NCBI RefSeq assembly: GCF_009914755.1
Contig: NC_060926.1
Direction: 5' to 3' (one strand)
Source of the DNA: the human T2T-CHM13v2.0 reference genome, Homo sapiens
DNA: 64,000 nucleotides
Part shown: piece by piece, positions 1 to 16,473 of the stretch
Layout of the letters: each line of letters starts with the position of its first letter
Numbering within the stretch: position 1 is the stretch's first letter
Position numbers and translations under genes: made by a program
The notes under the pieces: model-generated
What the model was told of the DNA's origin: nothing
What the model saw: only the letters and a program-made list of their open reading frames with translations
The model's database searches: none

Positions 1-299
1 AACCAGAGAATTATAGAAAAGTAGAATCTTAGGTTTAGAAACGATCTTTAAGGTAATCTACCTTCTTTCCAGCACAGCAGCTTTGCCTGCCTTCTTTCCT
101 TATCCACAGTCTCCTTGAGAAGAAGCTGGGCCTTGTGGGAAACTTCCCAGGGCTTCTTTCCTTCCTGGACCTCTGGGAGACCACACCTTTCAGTCCCTTT
201 GCAGTTACGAGGGGCCGAGTGGCATTTCTGACCTGTGAGATAGGAGCAAAAGTAATGTTTGTCACAATTCTGAGCTGAGGCAGTGAAAGTCCCTGAGCC

Positions 300-540
300 A
301 TTCCCCAGGGAAGAGGGAAGTCCCTCTTCCCTTTCGGGACTGATCACAGACAAGTGCCTGTGTTGAGACAGCAAAGCCCCAGATCAAAGCAGCCAGGCCC
401 ACCGAGGCACTGCAAGAAGACAGTGCCCTGGAGGGCTGCCCGAGTTGCAGCAGACTTTGCATGAGCAAGGGTTAAGCTTGTTGAGATTTGGGGGCTGTTT
501 GTATAGTAGGACATTATAACCTAGCCTGTCCTGGAGAATA
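300..540 (+). mobile_element. Old MaLR LTR remnant (MLT1-type 3' end)
   Basis: The stretch ttgagatttgggggctgtttgt...ataacctagcctgtcct resembles an MLT1H-K 3' terminus. Left boundary is uncertain. Confidence 0.45.
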
Positions 541-652
541 TTCCCAGCCTACATTCCAGACGTCCAGGCATGGGAATTCACTATGGGTGAATGAGGCTGT
601 TGGGTTCATTGCTTAGCAGCTGTCAGTTGGAAAGTTTGTTTTTTCCCTTTAA

Positions 653-1586
<934 letters not shown>

Positions 1587-2599
1587 ACTTTCTATCTTCT
1601 GTTACATCTCTCCAGGAGCCTGCTAGCCCGTGCTGGTCATGGCTGCAGAGGTGCTGCCACCCTGCCAGGCCACACAGAGCAGAACCCCATGCTTTGATCC
1701 CTCCCAGGTTGGTCTGGGTTGGTCGGAGTCTGGTGCTGTTCCCTCCACAGACTGCGAGCCTCAGTGGGCAGGGCTTGCAATGTACTCATCCCTGTGGCCC
1801 TCAGTCTGACAGTGGTTGGCCACAGCAACAAGTATGTGCTCAGCGAATGTTTGTTGAGTGTGTGGATACCCAGAACAGGAGGAACACCTTGCCCACTTCT
1901 GAAATCTTTCACTGAACTTCAGACTCCTGGTACAGAGACCCCTGGGGAGCTCTCACTGCGCACCCTGCAGGCATCAGGGCTGATGCTAGCTTCCAGGCAT
2001 GTTGGAGACCGGATGGTGAATGGCGATGGGCTGCATCCTCTCTCCAGGAGGGCTAAGCCTGGGGGCCCGAGGTATGTGTGTGTGGGTGGTGCCCTGGCTA
2101 TTCCCGTAAAGACCCAGCTTGGCAAGACCACTCTTGCTGTCGGATCTGCAGATGACTTCTCTTGTGCTTGTACGAGCCAACTCTGACTTCTGGGAAGGAT
2201 CGTGCTGTCTTGATTGCTGCAAACACAGACAGGTTAGCTCATGCTTGGCTGCACTGCCAATGACGTGGGCTCCAGCTTCCTGGGGGGTCTGCTGGGCCAA
2301 GTCCTCAGGTTTTCTGCCTGAAATCAATTCATCACATCTCAAGGCACTGCCTCCTGTATCATGTGCCTGGCCAGATCTCAGAGCTCATAGCAATGAGGTA
2401 GCCAACACTGGGGACTGTGATCCATTCCTGCTGGGCTTGGGCCCTCAGAGAGCCTGGGCAAGCTATTGCCAGGAAGGGCCGTGCCAGGAGCAGCCAAGGA
2501 CCTCTGATTGTTAGAATCAAGACTGTTAAAGTCAAGGCCAACTTTGGGGTGTCTTGCCCTATCCTGTGGAGAACACTGACCCTGCTGGAGGTCTATGAC

Positions 2600-2690
2600 T
2601 TTCTTCCTCCTCCCACTTCTCCGCCGGCCCTCCCCCCTCCCTCCTCCTCCTCCTTCTCTTCCCTTTCCCCTCTCTTCCTTTTCTTCTTCC
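2600..2690. repeat. CT-rich low-complexity tract
   Basis: (CCT)n/(CT)n pyrimidine run. Confidence 0.8.
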
Positions 2691-2697
2691 ATCTTAC

Positions 2698-3085
2698 AAT
2701 TTTTATTATGAAAAGGATTAAACATACAGAAAATTGAGAGGATAACATAATAAACCCACAATACCCATCACCTGGATTTAATAATTGTTAACATTTTGCT
2801 GTATCTGCTTCATTGACTTTTTTTTTTGCTTGAGTATTTTAAAGAATATTACTGACACACGTTTTACCCTAAATACTTCAGTATGCGTCTCTAAAATGCA
2901 AAAACAGTTGTCTATATAAACATAATATCGTGATCATATCCATCAAAATTAACACTAATTCCTTAATATCATCTAATAGTCCGTATTAGTGTTTCTGCAA
3001 TTGTTGCAAAAATGTCTTTTGTGATTGGTTTACTCAAACCAGAATCTAAACCAGATCCACATGTTGCATTAGCTCATTAGGTCCG
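2698..3085 (-). mobile_element. Old L1M (L1MC/ME) 3' fragment
   Basis: AT-rich, with motifs typical of antisense L1M 3'UTRs: ttttattatgaaa...aaacatacagaaaa, taaatacttcagtatg, ccttaatatcatctaata. Confidence 0.65.
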
Positions 3086-4097
3086 TTCCCCTCCGCCTTC
3101 TTTTCACAGGTGTTGAAGGTCCCATTTATACTAGAAAGTCCTTCCCACTCCCTTTTCCCTGTGGTATAGATGGGTTGAGGAAGCCAGGCCAGTGTGCAGG
3201 TCTCCAAGTCCACGGAGGGGTGGATTCCCAGGCAGGGGTCTGAGAGAGAGGCCCAGCCTCCTCCTTCCCCAGGCTGAGGGAGTCGCAGGCAGGCATCACC
3301 CTGAAGAGACACAGGGCCATCCTGGAGAAACTGTTCCTCCTGGGAAGCCATGTGATGTGCAGAAGGGTAGGGGAAGATGGTACAGAACGAGAATAAAGAC
3401 TTTGAGACACTTACAGTGACACCAGGTCACTCGGGGAGGGAAGAATCACAGGAGTCTCTAGGGAAGGATCTTTGAAGATGAAGGTCAATGACTCAGAGGC
3501 GGTCAGGGCCTTGGGTGCTCTGATCCCTCTGTGGGGGCTGGGCCTGGCCGTGGCCAGGCAGCCTTCTGCCCACACACTGTTCCCTTTGATGGGCGGCTGG
3601 ACCCGCCCTTCCACTCTCTGAGGGCCCCCTCTCTGGTAGCAACTTCTCTTCTGCCTCCACTTGGGTAATGGGCTGTCATGCGGGCAGCTGCCGGGAGCAG
3701 CTGTGACATTATCCAGACCCCACCCCAGGGCCCCCTTGGGCTGCAGCTCTGGCTCAGGCTCCGCCTGGATCCTCTGCTCTGCTTATCCATCTCTTGGGCT
3801 GGCTTCCAGGCCTGTGGCTCTGGGCACACTCGCTGCAGACAGAACTTCCCGAGTCAGTCTCACCCCTCATGGTGAGGAGCAAGGTGTGCCTTGGGAAGAA
3901 CTTGTCAAGCAGTGGTGTTAATGGGGAGATGGCATTTTTTTTCCTATTAAGTGAGAAAAATTAATTTAAAACTTGATAATATCCAGTGTTGGTAAGGGTT
4001 CAGGGTAAACAGTCCCTTACTCTCTTGGTAGAGTGTAAATTGGTCAGTCTTTTGGAAAATAAACTGACAACACCTATCAACATTAAAAATGCATGGC

Positions 4098-4716
4098 TTT
4101 TTATTCTTTTTTAATTATTATTATTATTATTATTTTAAGAAACACGGTCTCTCTCTGTTGCCCAGGCTGGAAGTTCATCGGCTGATTTTAGCTCACTGCA
4201 GCCTTGAATTCCTGGGCTCAAGTGATCCTCCCACCTCAGCCTCCTGAGTAGGTAGGACTATAAGCACGCACAACCACACTCAGCTAATTTTTTTTTTTTT
4301 TTTTTGAGACAGAGTCTTGCTCTGTTGTCGAGGCTGGAGTGCAGTGGTATTGGCTCACTACAACCTCTGTCTCCTGGGTTCAAGCGATCCTCCTGCCTCA
4401 GCCTCCCAAATGACTGGGATTACAGATGCCTGCCACCACACTTGGCTACTTTTTGTATTTCCAGTAGAGACGGGGTTTCACCATGTTGGCCAAACTGGTC
4501 TCAAACTCCTGACCTGAAGTGATCCACCCACCTCAGCCTCCCAAAGTGCTGCAATTACAAGCATGAGCCACCACACAAGCCCCAGCTAATCTTTGTAGAG
4601 GAATCTTGCAATGTTGTCCAGGCTGGTCTCGAATTCCTGGTCTTTGGCCTCAAATGACCCTCCTGTCTTGGCCTCTCAAAATGCTGGGATTACAGGTGTG
4701 AGCCACCATGCTGGCT
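4098..4716 (-). mobile_element. AluJ split at its central A-rich linker by a younger AluS
   Basis: Right arm at 4098-4288 and left arm at 4583-4716. The linker sequence cagctaat is duplicated at 4281 and 4583. Confidence 0.85.
4289..4582 (-). mobile_element. AluS nested in AluJ
   Basis: Poly-T followed by a full dimer, flanked by the cagctaat duplication. Confidence 0.9.
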
Positions 4717-4724
4717 TTTCTATC

Positions 4725-4920
4725 AATTTTTTCATTCAATAAGTATTGAATCCCTACTATGTGCCAGGAGCTATTCGAGGCATTGGGGATATAGCATTGA
4801 ATTCAGACAGACAAGGTACCTGCTCTTGTGAAAATTATATTTTAGTGGGAAAAGTAGACAATAAATAAATAGAAAGTGTTATTTATAATAAATGCTATGA
4901 ATAAAAATAAAATATAGTAA
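4725..4920 (-). mobile_element. L2 3' end
   Basis: ttcattcaataagtattgaatccctactatgtgccagg. Confidence 0.75.
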
Positions 4921-5252
4921 GGAGGTATAATGTAGAGTAAGTTGTACCTCCTTCAATCCTTGGGGCTGGGAATTCCATTTCTAGGAAACTCTTACAGAAA
5001 TGTTTCCACATTTGCACAAAGGCACACACACATTCATAAGAGCAAGAAGTTGCAAACACCCTAGATGCTTAACAGGAGAGGAGCTGGCAAATGAATTGTC
5101 CATCCACACAAATGGATAATATGCAGCCATTAAAAACAATGAGGCAGCTCAACTTGTGCCAACAAGGAAGGCTCTCAAAGACATGTTAAACAGAAGCAAC
5201 ATGTCTTAGAGTAGCATATGGCGCAGGATCCAAATAAGTAAAGTAATACTTA

Positions 5253-5613
<361 letters not shown>

Positions 5614-6089
5614 CTAAATTATTTATGGTGATCTCTTCTGTAAGGAAGAGGAAGCAGGTTTGTTGCAAAATGGTCATTGCAGAATGGTACTTTCACTTTT
5701 TACTCAAAATTCTTCTGTATTGTTTGAAGTCTTTTTTTCTAAATACCACTAACATATATTTATGCATTCCATGGATTAAGTAAAAAGAAAAACACAAAAA
5801 CCACAGCCTCAGAAATAGACACTCCACATCATAGCACAGATGCTTTTCCTTGGGGGTTTGAGATCTTAATCAAAGATGTTAAATGGATTCTTGGGTTTGT
5901 CAAATTGACTCTGACCTGCAGCTTTTGGTCCTGAGGGAGTAAGTGAAATGAAACGAGCCTTTCCTCCCTAAATTCAGCCTCGGCTGGCCCCAAATCACAG
6001 AGTTGAAAGAGGTCAAGTAAGGGATGAGGAAAGAAAGAATTGCTTTTCCTGAACCAGTGCAGGGCCAGGAGTGTAGCTGCCTCTGCAGG

Positions 6090-6230
6090 GAAGGTGATCC
6101 TACCATCATTTGGAGATGAGGAAATGGAGGTTCAGAAAATCAAGCAGCTTGTCCAAGGTCACAGGGCTGCTGAGAGACAGAGTCAAAGTTTGAAACCATA
6201 TCTGTTGATCCCCAAAGTTCAGGCTCTTTT
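6090..6230 (-). mobile_element. MIR
   Basis: Core agatgaggaaatggagg...ccaaggtcacag. Confidence 0.75.
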
Positions 6231-6544
6231 CTTGTGGATGGTGATGGCCTGGGTCACACTTCATAATAGTACTGCCCTCCTTGGAGGATCCAGCAGTGCC
6301 CTGCTTCTGTTAGAATTGCAAATGAGAACCCTCCGACCAGACTGAGCATTGGCCTGCCCCACTCCAGGGCCAAAGAGATTACCACCTTCTGGGGCTCTAG
6401 TCTGACCCTTGTTCCTCAGCTGAGGCCCCTCACAGCCTGGGGAATGAGGGCCCTGAAATTGTGTCTCTCCTATAGCAGAGAAATAATAATACAATACTCA
6501 TAGGTAAACTATAAAATAATAATAATAATAATAATGCAGAACAG

Positions 6545-6735
6545 TAATAATAGCTAATGTAGTACTAGGCATTGCTCTAAACTTTCTAAATATCCATCCA
6601 TCTAATCGTTTAACTATTCTAGTACTAGTAACATTGCCCCCTTTAGATGAGAAAACTGATGCACAAAGCATTTAACTAACTGGCCCAAAGTCACACAGCT
6701 AGAAAGGGACAGAACCAAGATCCAAAATCCATTAA
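6545..6735 (-). mobile_element. MIR
   Basis: Core agatgagaaaactga...cccaaagtcacacagctag. Confidence 0.75.
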
Positions 6736-6740
6736 TCTTC

Positions 6741-7042
6741 ATTTTTTTTTTTTTTTTTGCTCTGCTGCCCAGGCTGGAGTGTAGTGGCACAATGTCAGTG
6801 ACATGATCACAGCTCACTGCAGCCTCGACCTCCTGGGTTTGAACAATCCTCCCGCCTCAGCCTCCCGAGTAGCTGAGACTTCAGGTACATGCCACCATAC
6901 CCAGCTAAGTTTTGTATTTTTTGTAGATATGAGGTTTCACCATGTTACCCAGGCTGGTCTCAAACTCCTGAGCGCAAGCAATCCCCCAGCCTCGGCCTCC
7001 TGAAGTGCTGGTATTACAGGCACGAGCCACTGCACCTGGCCC
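6741..7042 (-). mobile_element. AluJ
   Basis: Antisense dimer with J-type diagnostics (gcagcctcgacctcctggg, ctcctgagcgcaagcaatcc). Confidence 0.9.
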
Positions 7043-7176
7043 AATTTTTTGTTTTGTTTGTTTTCTGGCTACTTATCCCCAAGTTCTAAGAGCCTGTGCA
7101 CTTGATTTCTGTCTAACTCCCCCAAAGCAAGTTAGCACTTGTGGTACTTACCATGCGCTGGACATTGTTAAAAGTA

Positions 7177-7220
7177 TTAGATTAGTGCAAAAATAATTGC
7201 GGTTTTTGACATTACTTTAA
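7177..7220. mobile_element. Half MADE1 (Hsmar1 MITE), one TIR only
   Basis: ttagattagtgcaaaaataattgcggtttttgacattacttt matches the MADE1/Hsmar1 TIR. The second arm is absent. Confidence 0.8.
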
Positions 7221-7279
7221 AATATATTAATATACTAAATATTAATTGTTCTGAGACAAATTTAAGAAGTAGAGGAGCT

Positions 7280-7430
7280 CCCTTATTACCTTTAAAAGTC
7301 TCATTTTAAAGATAGGGAGTCTAAGCACAGAAAAGCCAAATCACTGTCTGAGGTCACACAGCGTTTACATAAATGGCAGAGGTAGAATTTGAACCCACGC
7401 ATACTGACTCTAGAGTTTATACTCATAAAC
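7280..7430 (-). mobile_element. MIR
   Basis: gaggtcacacagc...aaatggcaga...atttgaaccca. Confidence 0.7.
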
Positions 7431-9716
7431 ATTTACTATATTAACAGAGAGGCTCTGAGATTCCAATGCCCTCATTATACATTCCCTGTTTCTAGAGAAG
7501 AGCCCAAGAATCCCCAAGGGGCATTTTGGCATTCACTGGAGCAAGAACAACTGGTCATCCCTGATTCCTACTCTTCTGTTGTTGAGGAGCTAGTCGTTGC
7601 CTGGTGACTCACTGTGCTGGGAGGGACAGACTAGCCTTTACTGTCCAGCTAATGTCCCTGGTGGCATGCCACCACCCTCCAGGTGTGGGGGTGGCTGAGC
7701 TCCAGGATGAGTGAGTCCACTCTGGGTTTGGGGTGGGGCAGTGGTGTGGGGGCAGAGACGTTCAGGGGACAGACTACACGGAGCCCCTCTCCCACTTTCT
7801 ACCTCATTAGGATGAAAAGACAAAAGCAATTCCAAGCAAATGTAGCAGAAGTTGTCCCCCTAGTTCTGCTCATGTCCTGGCAAAGAGTGCGGACTGAGCC
7901 TGCTGACTCATGGCACTCTAGTTCAGGTCTCCCACTAGAAGACAAAGCAGGGTCAGGGCACACAGTGTTGCCCTCAGGACACCATGAAGCTCAAGGAAGC
8001 CTGGAGCGGTGGCTGGCTGAGGAGCAGGCCGCTGCTAGGCAGCTTTGTGCGTTTCGTGACTTTGCTGGAAATGCATCAAACGCTTGGCAAAAACACTTCC
8101 TCCTCCAGTGACAGGCACTCACGTTTCAGAAGGCATCAAATTGCTCTGAAAGGTGACAATAGCACCTGTCAACTTCTGCACATAGAACACTGTTTTCTAC
8201 TGCAAGAATGTTTTTCTTGATCTTCTGGAACTGTATAGACTGCAGACCAAGCATCATCCATGTCCTGAAGCCCAGCTGGGTGGCGGATGGGACATGGGAG
8301 GGCAGGACAATGTCTGCAGAGGTGGTGGAGAGCACGGGGGAGCGGTGCCTTCTCAGCACTCCATTTGCCGGGTGGGGTAGGAGGGGAGGGTGAGGGTTCT
8401 GGGACATTCTTGAGCCCCAGGCACAGCTGCGAAGGGCAGTAGCTGCAGAGCCCCCGCATGGGGCTGAGCGTGGCCTCTCCTTCCTTGGGCTGAGTGGACA
8501 ACCTCCTGCTCCCTCAGCTATATTGCTGGCTGGGGTTGGCAGAGGCCAGGCACTCAGTCCTCATCCACAGCGAGGTGTGAGTAAGTGGAGAGGGGGAAGC
8601 TGGCTTCCAAGGTGAAGAACAACGGGGACAGAAGTGCAGAGGCGGCGTGGTGCCTGGTGCTTTCGGGGGACTGAAAAGAGGACACGTTTATTATTTTGAT
8701 GCATTTGTGACTTAAGCTGAACTCCTTCCTATGGGCAATGCTGCTGAAATAGGGGATGTGTGTAGGGCAGCTGTGGCAAAAGTGAATGCTGAGGAAGTCG
8801 GGAAGGGCTTTGAGCTAGGTTGGGACAGGAGCAGGAGGTGAGTCCACCTGCAGGGTGGAGGAAAGCTGGATGGGCGTGCACACTGGGGGCTGACCAGTGG
8901 CCCGGGGAGGCCGTTATGGGCTGAACAAGGAACAGAGTGGAGAGAGTGGAGGGAATGGAAAGGGGGACGCAGCAGGAGCCCCAGTGAATCTGAGAATCTA
9001 GGGTGTGCTGCTCCCCTCAGCCTGAGCTCAACAAAATGCTCCAGGCTTTCCCCTCCCCTGTTAGGAGCTTGGTGGACCCCCACGTCTGGCTTATGCTCTA
9101 TTGCAGTGACAAGAGGCCTAGTGGAAATGACTGTTGGGTGTAGAAATGGTGACGATACTTCCTACTGGATGCCCTGAAGATTGGGGAAGATGGAGCATCA
9201 CCCGAGTGAGTCATTGCCGGGCCATGATGCCAAGATGGGTCCTCCCCAACAGCTACTGCTCCTGGCTCTCCCCAGGTGCCCCCCAGAAGTCCTGTTGCAG
9301 GCCACCTGCCACAGCAGCTCTTGAGTCTGCCACTGGTTTAGGTGCTGGAACCTCAAGGGCCAGAGCCCTTCTCTGTCCCCTTGTCCCATTTTCCCCAGGG
9401 TCCTACTATCTCTACATTTAGGCCTAGACCACTGCCATAGGGTACATGAATGGATGCCAGAGAAGAGAAACCCCACTCATTCTTCCCTGACAGGTGACCC
9501 ACTGTTCCCAAGGATAAATCCAGGGCATTTTTAATATACTTTCTTGCTAAGGTAGCAAAACACAAGTTAAATATCTTTAACAGCTGATTCTGATGGGCAG
9601 CCTTTTAGCAGGAAACCCAAAGATGGTGCCTGAATGCAGTGGCTTACGAATGTTACCCTCCCAACTCCCATTAATGGAGCACTTACTGTGGGCCGGGAAT
9701 GGTATTGGCACATCTA

Positions 9717-9718
<2 letters not shown>

Positions 9719-9756
<38 letters not shown>
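9719..9756 (+). repeat. (TG)19 microsatellite
   Basis: Perfect dinucleotide run, read directly. Confidence 0.98.
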
Positions 9757-9757
<1 letters not shown>

Positions 9758-9764
9758 TCTTGTT

Positions 9765-10486
9765 CTTTTTACAAATTGAGATGTAATTCAATACCATAAA
9801 ACTCACCCTTTTAAAGTGTACAATTCTGGTTTTAAAATATATTCACATGGTTGTGCTATCACCAGCAGTAATTCCAGAACTTTCCCATCACTCCTAAAAA
9901 GGAACCCTGTACCCATGAGCAGTCACACCTCGCTCACTCCTCCCTCATTCCTGGAAATCGCTAATCTACTTTCGGTCTCTATGGATTTGCGTATTCTGGA
10001 TATTTCATATAAATAGTATCATACAGTGTATGGTCTTTTGTTTTCCACATAATTAAAATTTAGTTCGCGTAATGTTTTCAAGGTTCTTCCACATTATAGC
10101 ATCTATCACTTCTTCATTCCTCTTTGTGGCTGGGTAATAGTCCATTGTATGGATATACACATTTTGTTTATCCATTCATCAATTGATGGAAATTTTGGGC
10201 TGTTTCTACTTTGGGGCAATTATCAATAATACTACTATGAATATTCTGTTTTTGTGTGAACATATGTTTTCAGTTCTGTGGTGTATATCCTTAGGAGTAA
10301 AATTGCTGCCTCACATGGTAACTTTATGGTTAACTTTTTAAATAACTGCCAAACTGTTCTTGGTAGCCATGCACCATTTTACTTTTCAGCCAGCAATGCA
10401 CCAAGGTTCTAATTTCTCTACATCCTCACCAACATTTGTTATTTTTCTTTTTTTTAAATTACAGCCATCCTAGTAGGAGTGAAATG
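9765..10486 (-). mobile_element. L1MB 3' end inserted in a MIR
   Basis: L1MB motifs ttgagatgtaattca...ttaaagtgtacaatt, ttattctgga-like and tttatccattcatc. MIR halves at about 9670-9718 and 10487-10620. Confidence 0.85.
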
Positions 10487-11439
10487 ACATTTAATCTTTA
10501 TAACTACCTTATGAATAAAATGCTATTATTATCCTCATATTACAGATAACAAAATAGAAGTGAAAAGAAATTAATTTGTCAGAGATCACACTTTTAACAC
10601 ATTTCAAATGCTAGACTTTAGGGAGGGGGTAGGGCCACATATTACTTCCCTCTGTCACTTAGGTATCACCCAGCCCACCTCCTGGAAGCACTAGCTGGGT
10701 CCAGGAATTCCTCCTCTGGTGCAGTTCAGATCTTGGGGACACTCACACATCTCCTTGGGAGGAGTGGCGGGGCATGGGGATCTGGGTTTGTCCATAGAGC
10801 ACTTGCAAACTGGATGAGGCTGTAGGCCCTGCAGGATTTGCCAACATTCCTACTGGAAGTAGAGAACACACTGAAGAGTGCCTGACAACAGCTCCCAGCT
10901 TCCAGAAGCCAGCTAGGCTGCATCATTATTGCAGTTCGAGAAGCTCAGATACAAATAGAACCAGGTGCAGGGAGAGGTGGGTGTGCAAGAAGGCATACCA
11001 AGCAAACCAGATTTCCCAGCACTCCTGCCTACTGCCTTGTCCCTCAATAAAGTAGTTGGTGAGGGGTCTCTAGGGCTCTGGGGAACAGCTCAGCCTCCAG
11101 GACTGACATTTCCAAAGATCAGTACCCCCAGACTCCAGCAGAGTGCTTGACAAGGGCCTGGTAGACCAAACTGAGGGGAGGCTGAGCAAAGTCCTTCACC
11201 CTGGGGCCCACCTCTGTTCAGCAGCAGTCACCCCACATCTAGTCCAGGAATTTTGCTACCCTGGAAATAGCTGTGATAGCCCATTGGAAGCCCATGTCCA
11301 GGGAGCCAGGGCAGGCAGGACCTCTCCTTGGATGATGAGGAGGAAGCAGAGCCGGAGATCCAGCACTGCCCTTGCCTTGCCTTTGCAAAGTCATGGCCTC
11401 TTGGGTGGACAGACATCCAGGACACAAATGGTTACCTGC

Positions 11440-11995
11440 AAAGTGGAAGGTGGTTTGTGTCAAGGGGCTGTGGACAGGCAGAGGGGCAGAGGTTTTGATT
11501 GAGGGTGGGAAGAAAAAGAGATAAGGAACGCTTTCTGGGGTAGGTATCATTGGAGATAGGCTTTGGAGGATGCGAAGGATTTTAACAGGTGAGAGTCGTG
11601 GCCACTCCGTTCCCTTTGCCTAGCATGGGCATCAGACCAAAGGGCACAGGTGAGCAGACCCCCAGGGGCAGGAAGGAATGGGGAGGCTACGAGTCCAAGA
11701 AGAACTGATGATGCATAAATGGCACAAAGGAATATAGATCTCGTCCTCTAGGAGACTGGAAACGGGACCCAGGGGAGATTTTAAATGGGGGAGTAACAGA
11801 TTTGTATTTAAAATCCCACTGATTGCAGCAAAGAGACTGGATTGGATTGGAAGTGGGGAAAGTGAAAACAAAAGGCAATTAAAATGGTGCAGGGAGAAAT
11901 GATGACTTGAACTAAAGGAGCGGGAATAAAAGAGTAAAGGAGAGAAATGTGAGAACACTGGGGAAGGGGGTAGAATTCATAGAATTTTGTGATTT
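11440..11995 (-). mobile_element. Degenerate L2
   Basis: Purine-rich L2-like sequence (gagattttaa...agatttgtattt...gggagaaatgatgacttgaacta). Confidence 0.55.
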
Positions 11996-12349
<354 letters not shown>

Positions 12350-12584
12350 TTAGGGATGGAAAGCTATGACCACAAATAAGAAAGCTGGAGGTGAGGTGGG
12401 GGCTGGATTAAAGGGAGATGGAATTCAGACAGGGATCTGCTGAGTTTTAGGTGCTTCTTTGCTGGCCTTGGGCAGCGAGATACACTTACCTGCTATACAC
12501 TGCCCAGGAAGAATCCCTGGTACTGCAGTGTGGATGGGGTCTCCAGCTTCTAGGCATGGACACGTTTGGAAAGGTGAGAAAACG

Positions 12585-13522
12585 TGAGAAAACAACAGTG
12601 GGCCCAGGGGACCGGTGCTCAGCATACCAAGGTCCTGCACCGGCACCGGTCTCTGAGTTCCCTCAGTTTTTATTGGTTATTATCTTCATTATTTCAGCAA
12701 AAAGGAATGTAGTAGGAGGGCAGGGTGATAATAAGGAGAAGGTCAGCCACAAACACGTGAGCAATAGAATCTACGTCATAATGAAGTTCAAGGGAAGGTA
12801 CTATGACTGGACGTGCACGTAAGCCAGATTTATGTTTCTCTCTACCCAAATATCTTAGCAGAGTAAAGAATACCAAGGCAGCATTGCTGCAAACATGTCT
12901 TTCCTCCCACCATAGGGCGATTTTTCTCCTATCTCAGAATTGAACAAATGTACAGTTGGGTTTTATACCGAGACATTCAGTTCCCAGGGGCAGGGAGGAG
13001 ACAGTGGCCTTCCTCCATCTCAACTGCAAGAGGCTTTCCTCTTTGACTAATCCACCTCAGCACAGACCCTTTACGGGTGTCGGGCTGGGGGACGGTCAGG
13101 TCTTTCTCATCCCACGAGGCCATATTTCAGACTATCACATGGGGAGAAACCTTGGACAATACCCCGCTTTCAAGGGCAGAGGTCCCTGTGGCTTTCCGCA
13201 GTGCATTGTGCCCCTGGTTTATTGAGACTAGAGAATGGCGATGACTTTTACCATGTATACTGCTTGTAAACATTTTGTTAACAAGGCACGTCCTGCACAG
13301 CCCTAGATCCCTTAAACCTTGATTTCATACAACATATGTTTTTGTGAGCTCCAGATTGGGTCAAAGTGGTCGGGTCAAACTGGCTGGGGCAAAGCTACAA
13401 ATTAACAACATCTCAGCAAAACAATTGTTCAAAGTACAGGTCTTTTTCAAAATGGAGTCTTTTATGTCTTTCCTTTCTACATAGACACAGTAACAGTCTG
13501 ATCTCTCTTTCTTTTCCCTACA
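12585..13522 (-). mobile_element. HERV-K(HML-2) LTR, LTR5A type, with truncated U5
   Basis: Minus strand starts TGTAGGGAAAAGAAAGAGAGATCAGACTGTTACTGTGTC. TATAAAA at 12967-12961 and AATAAA at 12674-12669. Homology stops after CCCACTGTTGTTT, with no terminal ...CA and no TSD. Confidence 0.92.
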
Positions 13523-14221
<699 letters not shown>

Positions 14222-14940
14222 TGGTACTCCCTTTTCCTTGATTTGTCTTATAAAGGTTTTGTTATTGGAATTACAGCTTGTTTGTTAGAATTGAGATTCA
14301 AAAGTATACTGTGATTAGTTGCTATATCTCTTAAATATTCCTCTCTCTCTTTCTCTGTCTCTCTCTCTCTGGTATATAAATATTTAAAGACACTAAGTGG
14401 TATGTCCTGTAGGGTTTCTTAGAGTCTAGATTTTGATTATTGTCTCCCATGGTGTCCTTTAACCATGCTATTCCCTGCATTTCTTTTAAACCGGTACGTA
14501 GTAAGATTAGAGACTTGATCAGACTCAGGTTCTATGTTTATGACAAGACTGCATTATAGGGGGTGCTCAGATGGTACATAACACCTGCCTGTCCCTCTTT
14601 TCATGGAGTTAACATTACTGTTGATTCTTATCTTTATTATTTCATTTATTAGGGGGTGCAAAATGGTGACATGCTAGTTCTACCATTCCTTCTTCATTTA
14701 TTAGTCAGAATAGTTCTAAAATGAATTTTTTTCTTATTTATGATCTGAATATCTTGAGGTCCAATTCATACAGGAGAGGCAGAATAAATGCTTGTTTCCC
14801 ATTATTTTTCAGTTTTTCAAGTAATGAGTAGTTTTCTTGAATCTTCCAAAAGTGACCAATAAAGTTTTGTTTCGTTCAATATCATTATAAACTCATGAAT
14901 TTAAGTATGTTTGATGCACTTTAATCCATTGTGGTTCTTT

Positions 14941-15349
<409 letters not shown>

Positions 15350-15538
15350 TAGCTGGTGGAAGCTTATTGAAATTAGTTCTTCAGTCCTTCTGACATTATC
15401 CCAGTAGTCTTCAGCTTTAGTATAACAAGAAGTTTTAGGCTCTTGTACATTTCCTTCCTTGGACTTGGACTCAGTCATTTCTCCAAGGAGTCCTGGTTCC
15501 TGTCACTGGGAAATGCTATTCAGAGGCCACAATCTAGG

Positions 15539-15924
15539 TGTCTTAGCTCAGGATGCCATAACAAAATACCACACCAGGTGACTTAAACCACAGAAATTTA
15601 CTTCTTCTAGTTCTAGAGTCTGGGAAGTTCAAGAGCAAAGTACCAGCCTGGTAGGTTTCATTCTGAGGCTTCTTCTCTTGGCTTGTGGGTGGCTGCCATC
15701 TCACTGTGTGTTCATATGACCTCTTCTTTGTGGACAGAGAGAATGAGCCCTTTGGTGTCTCTTCTTATAAGGTCACTAATCCCTTTATGAGGGCTCTGCC
15801 TTCATGACCTCATCTAACCCAAAGTAATTACCCCCCAAAGGCCCCATCTCCAAATACAATCACATTAGGGGCCAGGGCTTCAACATATGAATTTTAGGGG
15901 GACCCAAACATTTAGACCAGAACA
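15539..15924 (-). mobile_element. MLT1A-type solo LTR
   Basis: tgtcttag...gccataacaaaatacca...cttcaacatatgaattt...aaca. TSD ctagg/ttagg. Confidence 0.85.
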
Positions 15925-16129
15925 TTAGGTATATTTACATCTCTCCTTTCTTAGCTAGACAGTAGCACCTATAAACATTCTGTGCCTGGCTTTTTTCACG
16001 TAACCATGAGCCAGCAGATTACTCACTAGCAGTAAATAAAGGTGGTCCTATTCCTAGTTACAGCTGCATAATACTCCAGTTCGTAGATGTGCATTCAACT
16101 AGTCCCTTATTGATGAATAACTGAGTTGA

Positions 16130-16473
<344 letters not shown>

